A stretch of 64,000 nt of DNA from contig OZ024753.1 in the NCBI GenBank assembly GCA_964016885.1, positions 45,384,001 through 45,448,000 of the forward strand, read 5' to 3'. Position 1 is the stretch's first letter, and each line of letters opens with the position of its first letter. The DNA is from Eledone cirrhosa. Lineage: Eukaryota. Below, in pieces: positions 14,902 to 29,919 of the stretch. Below the pieces are notes generated by a model. The model saw only the letters and a program-made list of their open reading frames with translations, had not been told where the DNA came from and did no database searches. The position numbers and the translations under genes were made by a program.

Positions 14902-16202
14902 AGGTGGTGGTGGTGGTGGTGGTGGTGTTGGTGGTGGTAGTAGTGGTGGTGGTAGTGGTAGTGGTGGTGGTAGTGGTAGTGGTGGTGTTGGTGGTGGTGT
15001 TGGTGGTGGTAGTAGTGGTGTTGGTGTTGGTGGTGGTGGTGGTAGTAGTGGTGGTGGTGGTAGTAGTGGTGGTGGGGGTGGGGGTAGTAGTGGTAGTAGT
15101 GGTGGTGGTGGTGGTGGGGGTGGTGGTGGTGGTAGTGGTAGTGGTGGTGTTGGTGTTGGTGTTGGTGGTGGTAGTAGTGGTGTTGGTGTTGGTGGTGGTG
15201 GTGGTAGTAGTGGTGGTGGTGGTAGTAGTGGTGGTGGGGGTGGGGGTAGTAGTGGTAGTAGTGGTGGTGGTGGTGGTGGGGGTGGTGGTGGTGGTAGTGG
15301 TAGTGGTGGTGTTGGTGGTGGTGTTGGTGTTGGTGTTGGTGGTGGTAGTAGTGGTGGTGGTGTTGGTGGTGGTGGTGGTAGTAGTGGTGGTGGTGGTAGT
15401 AGTGGTGGTGGGGGTGGGGGTAGTAGTGGTAGTAGTGGTGGTGGTGGTGGTGGGGGTGGTGGTGGTGGTAGTGGTAGTGGTGGTGTTGGTGGTGGTGTTG
15501 GTGTTGGTGTTGGTGGTGGTAGTAGTGGTGGTGGTGTTGGTGGTGGTGGTGGTAGTAGTGGTGGTGGTGGTAGTAGTGGTGGTGGGGGTTTGGGTAGTAG
15601 TGGTAGTAGTGGTGGTGGTGGTGGTGGGGGTGGTGGTGGTGGTAGTAGTGGTGGTAGTGGTGGTGGTGGTGTTGGTGGTGGTAGTAGTGGTGGTGGTAGT
15701 GGTGGTGGTGGTGTTGGTGGTGGTGGTGGTAGTAGTGGTGGTGGTGGTAGTAGTAGTGGTGGTGGGGGTGGGGGTAGTAGTGGTAGTAGTGGTGGTGGTG
15801 GTGGTGGTAGTAGTGGTGGTGATGGTAGTAGTGGTAGTAGTGGTGGTGGTGGTGGGGGTGGTGGTGGAGGTGGTAGTAGTGGTGGTGGTTGTGGTGGTGG
15901 TGGTAGTGGTGGTGGTGGTGGTGGTGGTAGTAGTAGTAGTGGTGGTGGTGGTAGTAGTGGTTGTGGTGGTGGTGGTAGTAGTGGTGGTGGTTGTGGTGGT
16001 GGTAGTAGTGGTGGTGGTGGTGGTGGTAGTAGTGGTGGTGGTAGTAGTGGTGGTGGTAGTAGTGGTGGTGGTAGTAGTGGTGGTGGTTGTGGTGGTGGCT
16101 GTAGTGGTGGTGGTCGTGGTGGTAGTAATAGTGGTGGTGGTGGTAGTAGTGGTTGTGGTAGTAGTGGTGGTAGTAGTGGTGGTGGTAGTAGTGGTGGTGG
16201 TG
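14902..16202. repeat. (GGT/AGT/TGT)n trinucleotide array with higher-order duplications
   Basis: Direct reading; it generates the spurious poly-V/H/P/G ORFs. Confidence 0.95.
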
Positions 16203-16282
16203 ATATATGTAATGATGATGATATGACACTGATCAAGGTTATGATGATCAAGTTAGTCTCACTTATCTAATCTAGATATCTC

Positions 16283-16346
<64 letters not shown>

Positions 16347-16426
16347 TTCTATAAATATAAAACACGAGAATGAAACACCTTTAGTTTGATATAAGGTGAA
16401 TTAGCTGATATTGAAGTAAGCTATAT

Positions 16427-16466
<40 letters not shown>

Positions 16467-16479
16467 ATGTATATATGTG

Positions 16480-17440
16480 TATATGTGTGTGTGTGTGTGG
16501 AGGTGTGTGTGTTGATATGTGTGTGGATGTGTGTGTGTGGAAGTGTGTGTGTTGATATGTGTGTTGATGTGTGTGTGGAGGTGTGTGTGGAGGTGTGTGT
16601 GTTGATGTGTGTGTGGGAGGTGTGTGTGTTGATGTGTGTGTGGGAGGTGTGTCTGTTGATGTGTGTGTGATGCTGTGTGTGTGTGGAGGTGTGTGTGTGG
16701 ATGTGTGTGTGGAGGTGTGTGTGGAGGTGTATGTGTTGATGTTTATGTGGAGGTGTGTGTGTGTTGATATGTGTGTGGAGGTGTGTGTGGAGGTGTTTGT
16801 GTGGATGTGTGTGTGTTGATGTGTGTGTGGAGGTGTGTGTGTTGATGTGTGTGTGGAGGTGTGTGTGGATGTGTGTGTGGAGGTGTATGTGTTGATGTTT
16901 ATGTGGAGGTGTGTGTGTGTTGATATGTGTGTGGAGGTGTGTGTGGAGGTCTTTGTGTGGATGTGTGTGTATTGATGTGTGTGTGGAGGTGTGTGTGTTG
17001 ATGTGTGTGTGGAGGTGTGTGTGTGGAGGTGTGTGTCGATGTGTGTGTTGATATGTGTGTGGAGGTGTGTGTTGATGTGTGTTGATGTGTGTGTGGAGGT
17101 GTGTGTTGATGTGTGTTGATATGTGTGTGGAGGTGTGTGTTGATGTGTGTTGATGTGTGTGTGGAGGTGTGTGTTGATGTGTGTTGATGTGTGTGTGGAG
17201 GTGTGTGTTGATGTGTGTGTGGAGGTATGTGTGGAGGTGTGTGTTGATGTGTGTGTGGAGGTATGTGTGGAGGTGTGTGTTGATATGTGTGTGGAGGTGT
17301 GTGTTGATATGTGTGTGGAGGTATGTGTGGAGGTGTGTGTTGATGTGTGTGTGGAGGTGTGTGTGGAGGTGTGTGTTGATGTGTGTGTGGAGGTATGTGT
17401 GGAGGTGTGTGTTGATGTGTGTGTGGAGGTGTGTGGGTGT
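16480..17440. repeat. GT-rich minisatellite (GTGTGTGGAGGTGTGTGTTGAT variants)
   Basis: Direct reading. Confidence 0.93.
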
Positions 17441-17901
17441 ATTAGATAGTAAGTATAAATATCTTTACAAAAGAAACAAACCGTCAATTTGAATATATTG
17501 TAACCTATGTTGTATTTATAAGACAGGGTGATCTCTGTACTAGAGAGAGGGGTGGGGGGAAGGGGAGAGGTATAGAGAGAGAGGGGGAGAGGGGGATAGA
17601 TAGGTAGATAGAGAGAGAGATACAGAGAGAGAGGGATATATATAGAGAGAGAGAGGTAGAGGGGGAGATAGAGAGATAGAGAGAGGGAGAGAGGGAGAGA
17701 GGGAGAGGGAGGATGGGAAATAGAGAGTGGTAGATAGAGAGTTTGATAGAGAGAGAGAGAGGGGAAGAGAAGGAGAGAGAGAGAGAGAGACAGAGAGAGG
17801 GAGATAAAAAGCGCGAGAGAGTGAGAGAGAGGAGAGAAATAGATTGATCGAGATAGGGTGAGAGATAGAGATACATAGAGAGTGAGTGTGTGAGAGAAAG
17901 A

Positions 17902-17943
<42 letters not shown>

Positions 17944-18142
17944 AAGTGTGTGTGTGTGTGTGCGTGCGTGTATGTATGATGTGTGTATGTATGCATGTAT
18001 GTATGTGTGTGTATGTGTGTGTATGTGTATATGTTATATGTATGTGTATGTGGTGATAGGAAAAGTAAACAGCCAGAAATAAACCATTTTTGCAAGATAA
18101 CGTAATTAACTGAAATTAACTGATGTAACAAACCAACACACC

Positions 18143-18215
18143 CATATATATATATATATAGATATAAATATATATATATATATATAGACATAAATATATA
18201 TATATATATATATAG

Positions 18216-18246
<31 letters not shown>

Positions 18247-18303
18247 GACATAAATATATATATATATATATAGAGACATAAATATATATATATATATATA
18301 TAG

Positions 18304-18370
<67 letters not shown>

Positions 18371-18705
18371 TAAATATATATATATATATAGAGAGACATA
18401 AATATATATATATATATAGATATAAATATATATATATATATATATAGACATAAATATATATATATATAGACATAAATATATATATATATAGAGAGAGAGA
18501 GACATAAATATATATATATATATAGAGAGACATAAATATGTATATATATATAGACATAAATATATATATATATATATAGACATAAAAATATATATATATA
18601 GACATAAATATATATATATATATATATAGACATAAATATATATATATATATATATAGACATAAATATATATATATATATATATAGACATAAATATATATA
18701 TAGAC

Positions 18706-18745
<40 letters not shown>

Positions 18746-18770
18746 CTAATATATTTATATATATATATAT

Positions 18771-18835
<65 letters not shown>
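18143..18835. repeat. (TA)n array with periodic GACATAAA interruptions
   Basis: Direct reading. Confidence 0.93.
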
Positions 18836-18842
<7 letters not shown>

Positions 18843-19225
18843 TATTTATATATGTATATATATAAATATGTTTATATTTATATATATGGATTGATGAACG
18901 TTTGTGTTTACAAACGAATAGAAAAACTAATCATCATAGAAAGTCGAGTGTTTATATTTTATTAGAAGCTGAATGGCAAAGCTGAGATGCAGTGAACCGA
19001 TGACACAAGCCATTGAAGTGGGAGAGAAGTATTATGACAATATAGAAGGAAAAAATATTCACAAACAAGCCAAAATATGATTAGTCAATATTACACTGAG
19101 ATGTAATTGGTAACTGAGAAACCGATCAATTGTTTCTTCCATCTATTCACGTGCAAAAATGTGTTGATATCTTCAGTAACATATGTATAAAACACACGTA
19201 AAGATGTAGGCATCCACACCATTGA

Positions 19226-20155
19226 TGGTTGGTTGGTTGGCTCGGTAGTTGGTTGGTTGGTTGGTTGGTTGGTTGGCTGGTTGGTTGGTTGGTTGGTTGG
19301 CTGGTTGGTTGTTGGTTGGTTGGCTGGTTGGTTGTTGGCTGGTTGGTTGGTTGGTTGGTTGGTTGGTTGGTTGTTGGCTGGTTGGCTGGTTGGTTGTTTG
19401 TTGGCTGGTAGGTTGGTTGGTTGGTTGGTTGGTTGGTTGGCTGGTTGGTTTGTTGGTTGGTTGTTGGCTGGTTGGCTGGTTGGTTGTTGGCTGGTTGGTT
19501 GGCTGGTTGGTTGTTGGCTGGTTGGCTGGTTGGTTGTTGGCTGTTTGGCTGGTTGGTTGGTTGGTTGGTTGGCTGGTTGGTTGGTTGGCTGGTTGGCTGG
19601 TTGGTTGGTTGGTTGGCTGGTTGGGTTGGTTGGCTGGTTGGTTGGTTGGTTGGTTGGTTGGTTGGCTGGTTGGTTGGTTGGTTGGCTGGTTGGCTGGTTG
19701 GTTGGCTGGTTGGATGGTTGGTTGGTTGGTTGGTTGGTTGGTTGGCTGGTTGGTTGGTTGGTTGGTTGGTTGGCTGGTTGGTTGGTTGGTTGGCTGGTTG
19801 GTTGGCTGGTTGGTTGGTTGGTTGGTTGGTTGGATGGTTGGTTGGTTGGCTGGTTGGTTGGTTGGCTGGTTGGCTGGTTGGTTGGTTGGTTGGCTGGTTG
19901 GTTGGTTGGCTTGTTGGCTGGCTGGTTGGTTGGATGGTTGGTTGGTTGGTTGGTTGGCTGGATGGTTTGTTGGTTGGCTGGTTGGCTGGTTGGATGGTTG
20001 GTTGGTTGGTTGGTTGGCTGGTTGGTTGGTTGGTTGGTTGGCTGGTTGGCTGGTTGGTTGGCTGGTTGGTTGGATGGTTGGTTGGTTGGTTGGTTGGATG
20101 GTTGGTTGGTTGGTTGGCTGGTTGGTTGGTTGGCTTGTTGACTGGTTGGTTGGCT
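19226..20155. repeat. (GGTT/GGCT)n tetranucleotide array
   Basis: Direct reading; source of the WLVG and TNQP pseudo-ORFs. Confidence 0.95.
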
Positions 20156-20619
20156 GTCTAGCAAGTATGTAATGTGGTTTTCCTCCTTCAATATATATCC
20201 AACGTCTAGCCATTTAAACGAGCACTATTTCTTCATTTTCTTACCGAGACATGCATTTATGTATATTCCTCTTTCACACATACTCTCTCTTTCACCCACT
20301 CTATCTCACTCCCTCTCTTTCTCTCTTTCTTTCTATATATATATATACTCACATACGTACATATATATCTATATCTATCTATCTATGTATTTCACTCTCT
20401 CTCTCTATATATATGTGTGTGTGTATGTGTGTGTGTGTGTATGTGCGTGTGTGTGTGTGTGTGAGTGTCTGTGGAGAGAGAGAGAGAGAGTGTGTATGAG
20501 ATAGAACCTTAAGCAATTATCTCAGTGTCTCATCACTGATAACCTCTCATATATAATTAACTGTGTGATTTCCGACTAGCTCTTTAAATTTTGGTATAAT
20601 GATAATAAATGAAGTATGA

Positions 20620-20686
<67 letters not shown>

Positions 20687-20824
20687 TGACATACAGACAG
20701 ACAGCAAGGAGTATAGTCACAGCTGATGGTGGCATGTTTGATGGTTAGTTTCAGTGAATTCAGGCCTACAAAATGGCGGACCTATTTTCACTGACATAGA
20801 ATGGTAATCAAATACCAACTTTAT

Positions 20825-20930
<106 letters not shown>

Positions 20931-20971
20931 TATACAGAGCGAGAGAGAGAGAGAGAGAGAGAGAGACGAGA

Positions 20972-21006
<35 letters not shown>

Positions 21007-21191
21007 GAGAGGGAGGTGGTGGTGTAGTGAGAGGTATGTAGATTAAAATGAATATGGAAAAGTGAGAAAGGTAGATGAAGGGGGCGTGGTAGTAGAGAAT
21101 AAAGAATGGGGCGAAGGGGGAGTAGGGGAGAGGAGAGAGAGGCAGCATGTGTTCATAATGTTAGAGACGTGTGTTGGGAGATCTGATGTGA

Positions 21192-22684
<1,493 letters not shown>

Positions 22685-22685
22685 C

Positions 22686-23301
22686 GTGATTATGTCAGGT
22701 CACCAGTTGGTGCTACTGGTAACATGTATCCCAGTACAACCTGTCTCATGGTCGGGTCGTTGGCGACTAAACTGGCAACCCCACCAAGGTTTCTTGGTGA
22801 GGAGGGTGACTTTGGACATCCTGCAGGACTAAAAACAAAACCTGTCAAAGGGCAAGGGAGCTCTTAAGAGTCAATAGCCATCCAAAATCACTGGGAGAGA
22901 TGACCCCTTAGCCTTTGTCAAGGCAGAATTCTAGGAGAAGGAAAACTCTGATATAACACCTGCAACCCTGATGGTATCCAATGATGTTGACTTGTTCTTC
23001 TTTTTGGTAAATATCATCTTGGTTAAGAGAGTGGGACTGGCTTTGTGCAGTGCCTTTGCTCACTATAAAAGCTTCACAGCACAGGCATTGCTTTATATCT
23101 GGAGATCTCTCTGCACTTGTCATCACATGGTACCATGGGCCCTGCACTATGTGTCAATAATGGTCACAAGTGTAGTCTTTGTACCAGAGTTTTCAAGTCG
23201 CTGGCTGGACTAAAAAGTCACATTCGTTCAGCGCATCGGTAGGGGTTCTCCTACATGGATATAAAGTAGTGGCCGTACTCGAAAACGAGTTGGCAGCCAC
23301 C
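22686..23301 (+). mobile_element. Non-coding RTE/RTEX-derived element inserted in a (TA)n array
   Basis: Contains ACTGGCAACCCCACCAAGGTTTCTTGG and TCTAGGAGAAGGAAAACTCTGA, motifs I recall from RTE/RTEX 5' UTRs; ends in the hairpin GTGGC..ACTCG-AAAA-CGAGT..GCCAC; the same TA array lies on both sides. Confidence 0.5.
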
Positions 23302-23317
23302 ATATATAGATAGATAC

Positions 23318-23348
<31 letters not shown>

Positions 23349-23549
23349 CATATTTGTATGTATATATATATATATACATATACATATTTGTATGTATATA
23401 TATATATATACAGTATATATATATATATGTATATATATATATAGTATATATATATATATGTATATATATATATAGTATATATATATATAGTATATGTATA
23501 TATATATATAGTATATATATAGTATATATATATATATAGTATATATATA

Positions 23550-23593
<44 letters not shown>

Positions 23594-23619
23594 TATATGT
23601 ATATATATATATATATACA

Positions 23620-23664
<45 letters not shown>

Positions 23665-23676
23665 ATATATATACAG

Positions 23677-23708
<32 letters not shown>

Positions 23709-23709
23709 G

Positions 23710-23745
<36 letters not shown>

Positions 23746-24038
23746 GTATATATATACAGTATATGTATATATATATATATATATATACAGTAAATATATA
23801 TATATATATATATATGTATATACAGTATATATATATATGTATATATATATAGTATATATATATATATATATACACAGTATATATATATATATATATATAC
23901 ACAGTATATATATATACAGTATATATCTATATCTATCTATCTATCTATATATATATATACAGTATATATATATACAGTATATATCTATATCTATCTATCT
24001 ATATATATATATATATATATACAGTATATATATATACA

Positions 24039-24105
<67 letters not shown>
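23302..24105. repeat. (TA)n array with CAG/AG interruptions
   Basis: Direct reading. Confidence 0.95.
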
Positions 24106-24107
<2 letters not shown>

Positions 24108-24317
24108 AGTATATATGTCTATATATCTGTCTAACTATCTGTCTGTTATTCGTACATATCTTCATATATAAGTCGCACCTTAAGATCCCCCTCTCCTCCA
24201 TATTGTCGGACCATTGTAGGTTGCTATGAAAGGCAGTTATGATAAAATGCACCATTTCCACAAGATTCCAATTGTCCATGGCAGAATAATTACAGCATAG
24301 AATTTCTACAGCCACAA

Positions 24318-24319
24318 TT

Positions 24320-24382
<63 letters not shown>

Positions 24383-24412
24383 GCAACAGCAACAACAGCA
24401 ACTGCCACATCT

Positions 24413-24451
<39 letters not shown>

Positions 24452-25065
24452 GCAACAACAGCAACAGCCACATCTACAACAACAACAACAGCAACAGCCA
24501 CATCTACAACAACAACAACAACAACAATAGTTACAGTTACAACATCAACCACAACAACAGCAACAACAGCAACAGTTAAAACAACAACAGTTACAGTTAC
24601 AACAACAACAACAACAGCCATAACTGTTACAACAACAACAACAACAACAGCCACAACAGTTACAACAACAACAACCAAAACCACAACTACAACCCAAACC
24701 TCAACTAACCAAGGCAACAGCAACAACAAAAACCACAACAATAACCAACGATCTGAATCACCGTAAGAACAACAACAACCACCACCAACAACAGCAACAA
24801 CATCAACAACCCACAGCCATCTACAACCATCTACAACAACAGCAACAACAACGACCACAGCCATTTACAACCACAACAACAACAGCAACAACAATAGCCA
24901 CAACCTTCCACAACCACAACCACAACAACAACAATAGCAACAACAACGACCACAATCTTCTAGAACCACCACAACAACAACCACGACCACAGCCATCTAC
25001 AACCACCACAACAACAACAGCAACAACAATAGCTACAACCTTCTACAACCACAACAACAACCAAT
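24318..25065. repeat. (CAA)n-derived degenerate array
   Basis: Direct reading. Confidence 0.9.
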
Positions 25066-25415
25066 AATAACCCCATCCACAGCCATAATCAGAGCAGACG
25101 ACACATACGGTTGCATCGCGATCGACTATCATTGATAGATAATTGTTGGGTTGTAACTAATTTCCTCTTCTACTATAATTAATGATTGGCATAAAATCTC
25201 AGTCAATGAAAACCATCAATGGTAAAATAATTCTATTCAATACAAACTTTCGCCTTTAGCTTTCTTCCACAAATTGTCGGACGCAAAAATTGGTCAGTAA
25301 AATGGAGCCAGCCTGATGAGGACGACATTGGCGCCCATATCACACATTCCCCGCATATCACAATTGTTACACACACACACACACATATATGTATATAAAC
25401 ATACACACACATACA

Positions 25416-25453
<38 letters not shown>

Positions 25454-25655
25454 CACACACACACACACACACACACACGTATATTTATATATAGATTCTT
25501 GAAGAAACAGAGGGCTGCGTGGTTACTGGATAAAGTGTATTTAGAAATAACAGGAAAGCACAAACAGGGGATATTTCCCATCATCAGTTGTCTGCTGAGA
25601 TTACGAACATTTCTACGCATGCGTAGTTATATAGACGTTAACTCGAACCCTCACC

Positions 25656-25695
<40 letters not shown>

Positions 25696-25699
25696 GACA

Positions 25700-25830
25700 G
25701 GCAATTCATTTTATCGACCCAAGAAAAATGAAATGTAAAATTGGCCTCGGTGGTATTGGAACTCAGAGAGCAGAACTAATACTACAAAGGATTCTATCAG
25801 ATGCCGTAACAACTCTGACAATTCACCCCG
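25700..25830 (-). mobile_element. Degenerate tRNA-SINE
   Basis: ATTTTATCGACCC..ATGAAATGTAAAATTGGCCTCGGTGGTATTGGAACTCAGA aligns by eye to the 27493-27662 copy. Confidence 0.6.
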
Positions 25831-26172
25831 TATTTTGTCTGATATTACTCTAGGAAATTCATCACTCCATCTTTCCAATAAATACTTTATTTTATCGCCT
25901 CGCCTCTGGAATGAGGAAAATGAAGTGGACAAAGGTGGGATTTGAACTTGTGAATGTAATAACCCGGAAGAATGTGCTTATGGGTCATCATATTGTTGTA
26001 GGTCCACGATTTTGTAATATAAGTTTTATTAACGTAACTTACTGTACAGATTATGACCGCTCTAGCGTTACGGTCGAACTCTGCAAGAGATCATAAATAT
26101 GCATGGACTGACTACAGAGTATATTAACAATTTATATAGCTTCACAGACAGACAAATTCATGTACACAGAGA

Positions 26173-26242
<70 letters not shown>

Positions 26243-26337
26243 CATTCCAACGAACTTATTAGAAATTTAGTATTGTTACGGTGTGGATTTATGGGGGGGG
26301 GGGGGGGGCTCCAAGTTTAACAAGAACATTACTACCA

Positions 26338-26376
<39 letters not shown>

Positions 26377-26444
26377 AATCAATAGCTATAGAGAAAGTTC
26401 GAAGCAATCCTGGGCCCGTAATAAACGTATCAGATAGATAAAAT

Positions 26445-27250
26445 CAAGAGAGAGAGGAGGGAATTGTAAGAGAGAGTGATGTATGTAGTGGCATATAGAG
26501 AGGGGGAGAGAATTTGTTGGTTTAGTGAGAGAGGGGGAATTGTGAGAGAGAGTGAAAGAGAGTGAGTTATGTAGTGGAATATAGAGAGAGGGAGACAAGT
26601 TGGTGGTCTAGTGAGAGAGGGGGAATCGTGAGAGAGTGAGGCATCTAGTGGAATAGAGGGTGAGAGAGTTTGTTGATTTAGTGAGAGAGGGGGAATTGCG
26701 AGAGAGAAAGTGAAAGAGAGTGAGTAATGTAGTGGAATATAGAGAGGGGCCGATAATTTGTTGGTTTAGTGAGAGAGGGGGAATTGTGAGAGAGTGAGTT
26801 ATCTAGTGGTATAGAGTGAGGGGGAGAGAGTTTGTTGATTTAGTGAGAGAGGGTGAATTGTGAGAGAGAGTGAGGTATGTAGTGAGATATAGAGAGGGGG
26901 AGAGAGTTTGTTGGTTTAGTGAGAGAGGAGGAATTGCGAGAGATATTGAGGTATATAGTGGAATATAGATAGGGAGAGAGAATTTGGTAGTCTAGTGAGA
27001 GAGGGGTACTTGTGAGAGAGAGAGAGAGTGAGGTATGTAGTGGGTTATAGAGAGTGGTGAGAGTTTATTGTTCTAGTGAGAGCGGGTGAATTGTGAGAAT
27101 GATAGAGAGTGAGGTATGTAATGGTACACAGAGGGGGAGAGAGTTCAGTGATTTAGTGAGAGAGGGAGATTGCTGGTCTAATGAGGGAGAGTGAAGCATG
27201 TAATGGAATATAGAGAGAGTGAGAGAGGTATAATGTTTTAGTGAGGGAGG
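26445..27250. repeat. GA-rich minisatellite, ~75-85 bp unit (TAGTGAGAGAGGGGGAATTGTGAGAGAG...TGTAGTGGAATATAGAGAG), ~10 diverged copies
   Basis: Recurring anchor words at regular spacing. Confidence 0.85.
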
Positions 27251-27492
27251 GGTAATATTTTGAGAAAGAGTGACAAAATAATTTTATGAGGAAAGAAAAA
27301 TGTTTTGATTTGGGTTTCGCATTACAGTGGGTGTGTGTGTGAGTGTGTATTTATATATATGTGTGTGTGTGAGTATATATGTGTGTGTGTGAGTATATAT
27401 GTGTGTGTGTGTATATATATATCTATACACCTTCTATATACTGTACCGATTGTGTTGTTATTTCTGTTTACCTTTTACACACACACACATAT

Positions 27493-27658
27493 ATAATTGT
27501 TTCTACTTTTGGCACAAGGCCAGCAATTACCCAGTACATTACTGGTACTTTATTTTATCGACCCCGTAAGGATGAAAGGCAAAGTCAACCTCGGCGGGAT
27601 TTGAACTCAGATCGTAAAGGGACGTAACTATGCTGCAAAGCATGGCGTCCGACCCTCT

Positions 27659-27662
<4 letters not shown>
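27493..27662 (-). mobile_element. tRNA-derived SINE (octopus type), 5' truncated
   Basis: Minus strand B-box GAGTTCAAATC followed by CCGCCGAGGTTGACTTTGCCTTTCATCCTTACGGGGTCGATAAAATAAAGTACCAG; near-identical to 46924-47090. Confidence 0.85.
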
Positions 27663-27730
<68 letters not shown>

Positions 27731-27763
27731 GGGAGTTGACGGACCCAGCATATTTATATATAT

Positions 27764-27893
27764 GGGAAAAGAGTCAGGACCCCAACGGCTGAGCTCCGGC
27801 CGTCTCGACAGCTAAATTCGACTCTACTACCCTATGTATTGAGTACTCTGGTGCATTATGGTCCACCTGGTATCTTACCACACCCTCTTCGTT
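27764..27893 (+). mobile_element. Hairpin/hammerhead-half element family, copy A (right arm deleted)
   Basis: Shares its left arm and the ACTCTACTAC...CTTCGTT tail with the copies at 37013, 39262 and 47707; flanked by TA repeats. Confidence 0.8.
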
Positions 27894-27934
27894 ATATATA
27901 TATATATATATGTACATACATATACACACACACA

Positions 27935-28470
27935 TATATATGTGGGCGTGTGTGACCTTTATGCACTGGTCACACACACACACCCATACACACACACATA
28001 CACACGCACACACACACGCACACACATACACCCATACATATACACACACCCATACACACACACACACACACCCATACACACACACACCCATACACACATA
28101 CACACACACATATATATGTGGGCGTGTGTGACCTTTATGCGCTGGTCACACACACACCCATACACACGCACACACATACACACGCACACACACACACATA
28201 CACCCATACATATACACACACCCATACACACGCACACACACCCCCATACACACACACACACCCATACACACATACACACACACATATATATGTGGGCGTG
28301 TGTGACCTTTATGCGCTGGTCACACACACACACCCATACACACGCACACACACACACACATACACCCATAGATATACACACACCCATACACACGCACACC
28401 CACCCACACACACACCCATACACACGCACCCCCACACACACCCATACACCCATACACACACACACATATA
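27935..28470. repeat. Three ~175 bp tandem units with a GTGTGTGACC-10nt-GGTCACACAC hairpin core in CA-rich sequence
   Basis: Cores at ~27948, ~28124 and ~28298. Confidence 0.85.
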
Positions 28471-29244
28471 TTGTCTTGTGTGTCTGTCCATCCATCAATC
28501 AAGTGTCACAATCGAATGTTCTGTCCACAACTGAGACCCGATGTTGACCGGTGTGTGTCCAGCGTTCTGTTGACACGAAGGTCAAGTGGAATACAATGAC
28601 CCCCCATTTGTATCATTGACCATTTGACCGTCGTCGTGTCTATTTGGCTTCTCAACGTTCCACACATTCCACGTTACTATGGCAACACTTAATTCCATGC
28701 CATTTCTGGTAGTTCTCAAACAGACACACACCTTGACCGTCAACATCAGGTGACAACAGCACCGACACCGCCAACACCACACCACCATCATTACCACCAC
28801 CTATACACACAAACAGTTTCTCTACCACACACACACACACACTCACATATACACACATACACTACTCCAATAGACAAACACAAACACACATACACACATA
28901 CACACATATATATACTACTCCAATCGACAAACACATTCACACACACTCTCTCTCACACACACACACACACACTCACATGCACCACACCAATCGACAAAGA
29001 CACACACTTACACAGACACACAGACACACACACACACACACACACACGCTCTATATATATACACATACACACACACACTATCCTATGCACCTCTCCAGTC
29101 GACGAGGATCCCCCACCAGACAATACAGCAATATAACTCTACAGCAATATAATCTTTACCACAAAATCCCATTCAATGTCAGCTCCTTTGTCAGCGAAAT
29201 TAAAACAAAATAAGCCACACAAAACACTTACAAAACAACAAAAG

Positions 29245-29362
29245 AAGCCATCTTGTAAAGTAAATTACTAACAAGGTCTTCGATATTGTGTTGTAGTTAA
29301 CAACAGTTATGTGAAATAATGCTACATTGCCGGAAGTTGTTTATAATCCTGTTTCCGGCAGC
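29245..29362 (-). promoter_or_regulatory. Candidate housekeeping-type promoter (two ETS sites plus a YY1-like site)
   Basis: CCGGAAGT at ~29330, TTCCGG at ~29353, and minus-strand CAAGATGGC at ~29247-29255 followed by GTAAGT; motif co-occurrence only. Confidence 0.25.
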
Positions 29363-29453
29363 AATGCAAACTTATTTATTATATTCAATAACAGATACCA
29401 AGTGTGAGACAAATATATTCTCTATATTTATTACAGTATCTGTCAGTCTCTAG

Positions 29454-29564
<111 letters not shown>

Positions 29565-29919
29565 GTGTGTGTGTGACTGTGTGTGTGTGTGTGTGTGTAA
29601 AAAAATGAAAATTCATTTAGTGTTGTGACATGAAGACAGTTTGATGAACATAAAAACGTTAAAAAAACAGAGTGAGATGGAAGGGGGGGATAAATAGATA
29701 GATAGATAGCTCGATAGATCGATCGATCGATAGATAGATAGAGAGAGAGAGAGAGGGGGCGGGGAGAGAGAGGACATAGTAATGAGGAAGAACGAAAAGA
29801 GATAAACAAAAAATAAAAAAAGAAACCTACTTTAGAATTTTGGACAAATTGCTTTGTTCGGTTCTTTATGTTCTGAGTTCAAATCTTGCAAAGGTGACCT
29901 TATTGTGAGTTCAACACGA

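Noticed and set aside
14850-16270. Long ORFs (poly-V, His/Tyr-rich, Pro-rich, Gly/Ser-rich, up to 458 aa)
   Set aside because: All frames are open only because the DNA is a (GGT/AGT)n array; there is no non-repetitive domain or splice context.
19091-20213. TNQP/WLVG repeat ORFs of 300-366 aa
   Set aside because: Translation of a (GGTT)n tetranucleotide array.
24174-24305. Possible minus-strand exon (AG...GT bounded, open in one frame)
   Set aside because: The peptide ILCCNYSAMDNWNLVEMVHF... is not recognisable and the splice signals are weak; it cannot be supported without RNA data.
25311-25345. CTGATGAG word (also CTGACGAG at ~8204 and CTGATGA at ~12755)
   Set aside because: No downstream helix II-GAAA-helix III arrangement.
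27935-28470. CRISPR-like repeat-spacer pattern
   Set aside because: Eukaryotic context, spacers are homologous low-complexity CA tracts, and there are no cas genes.
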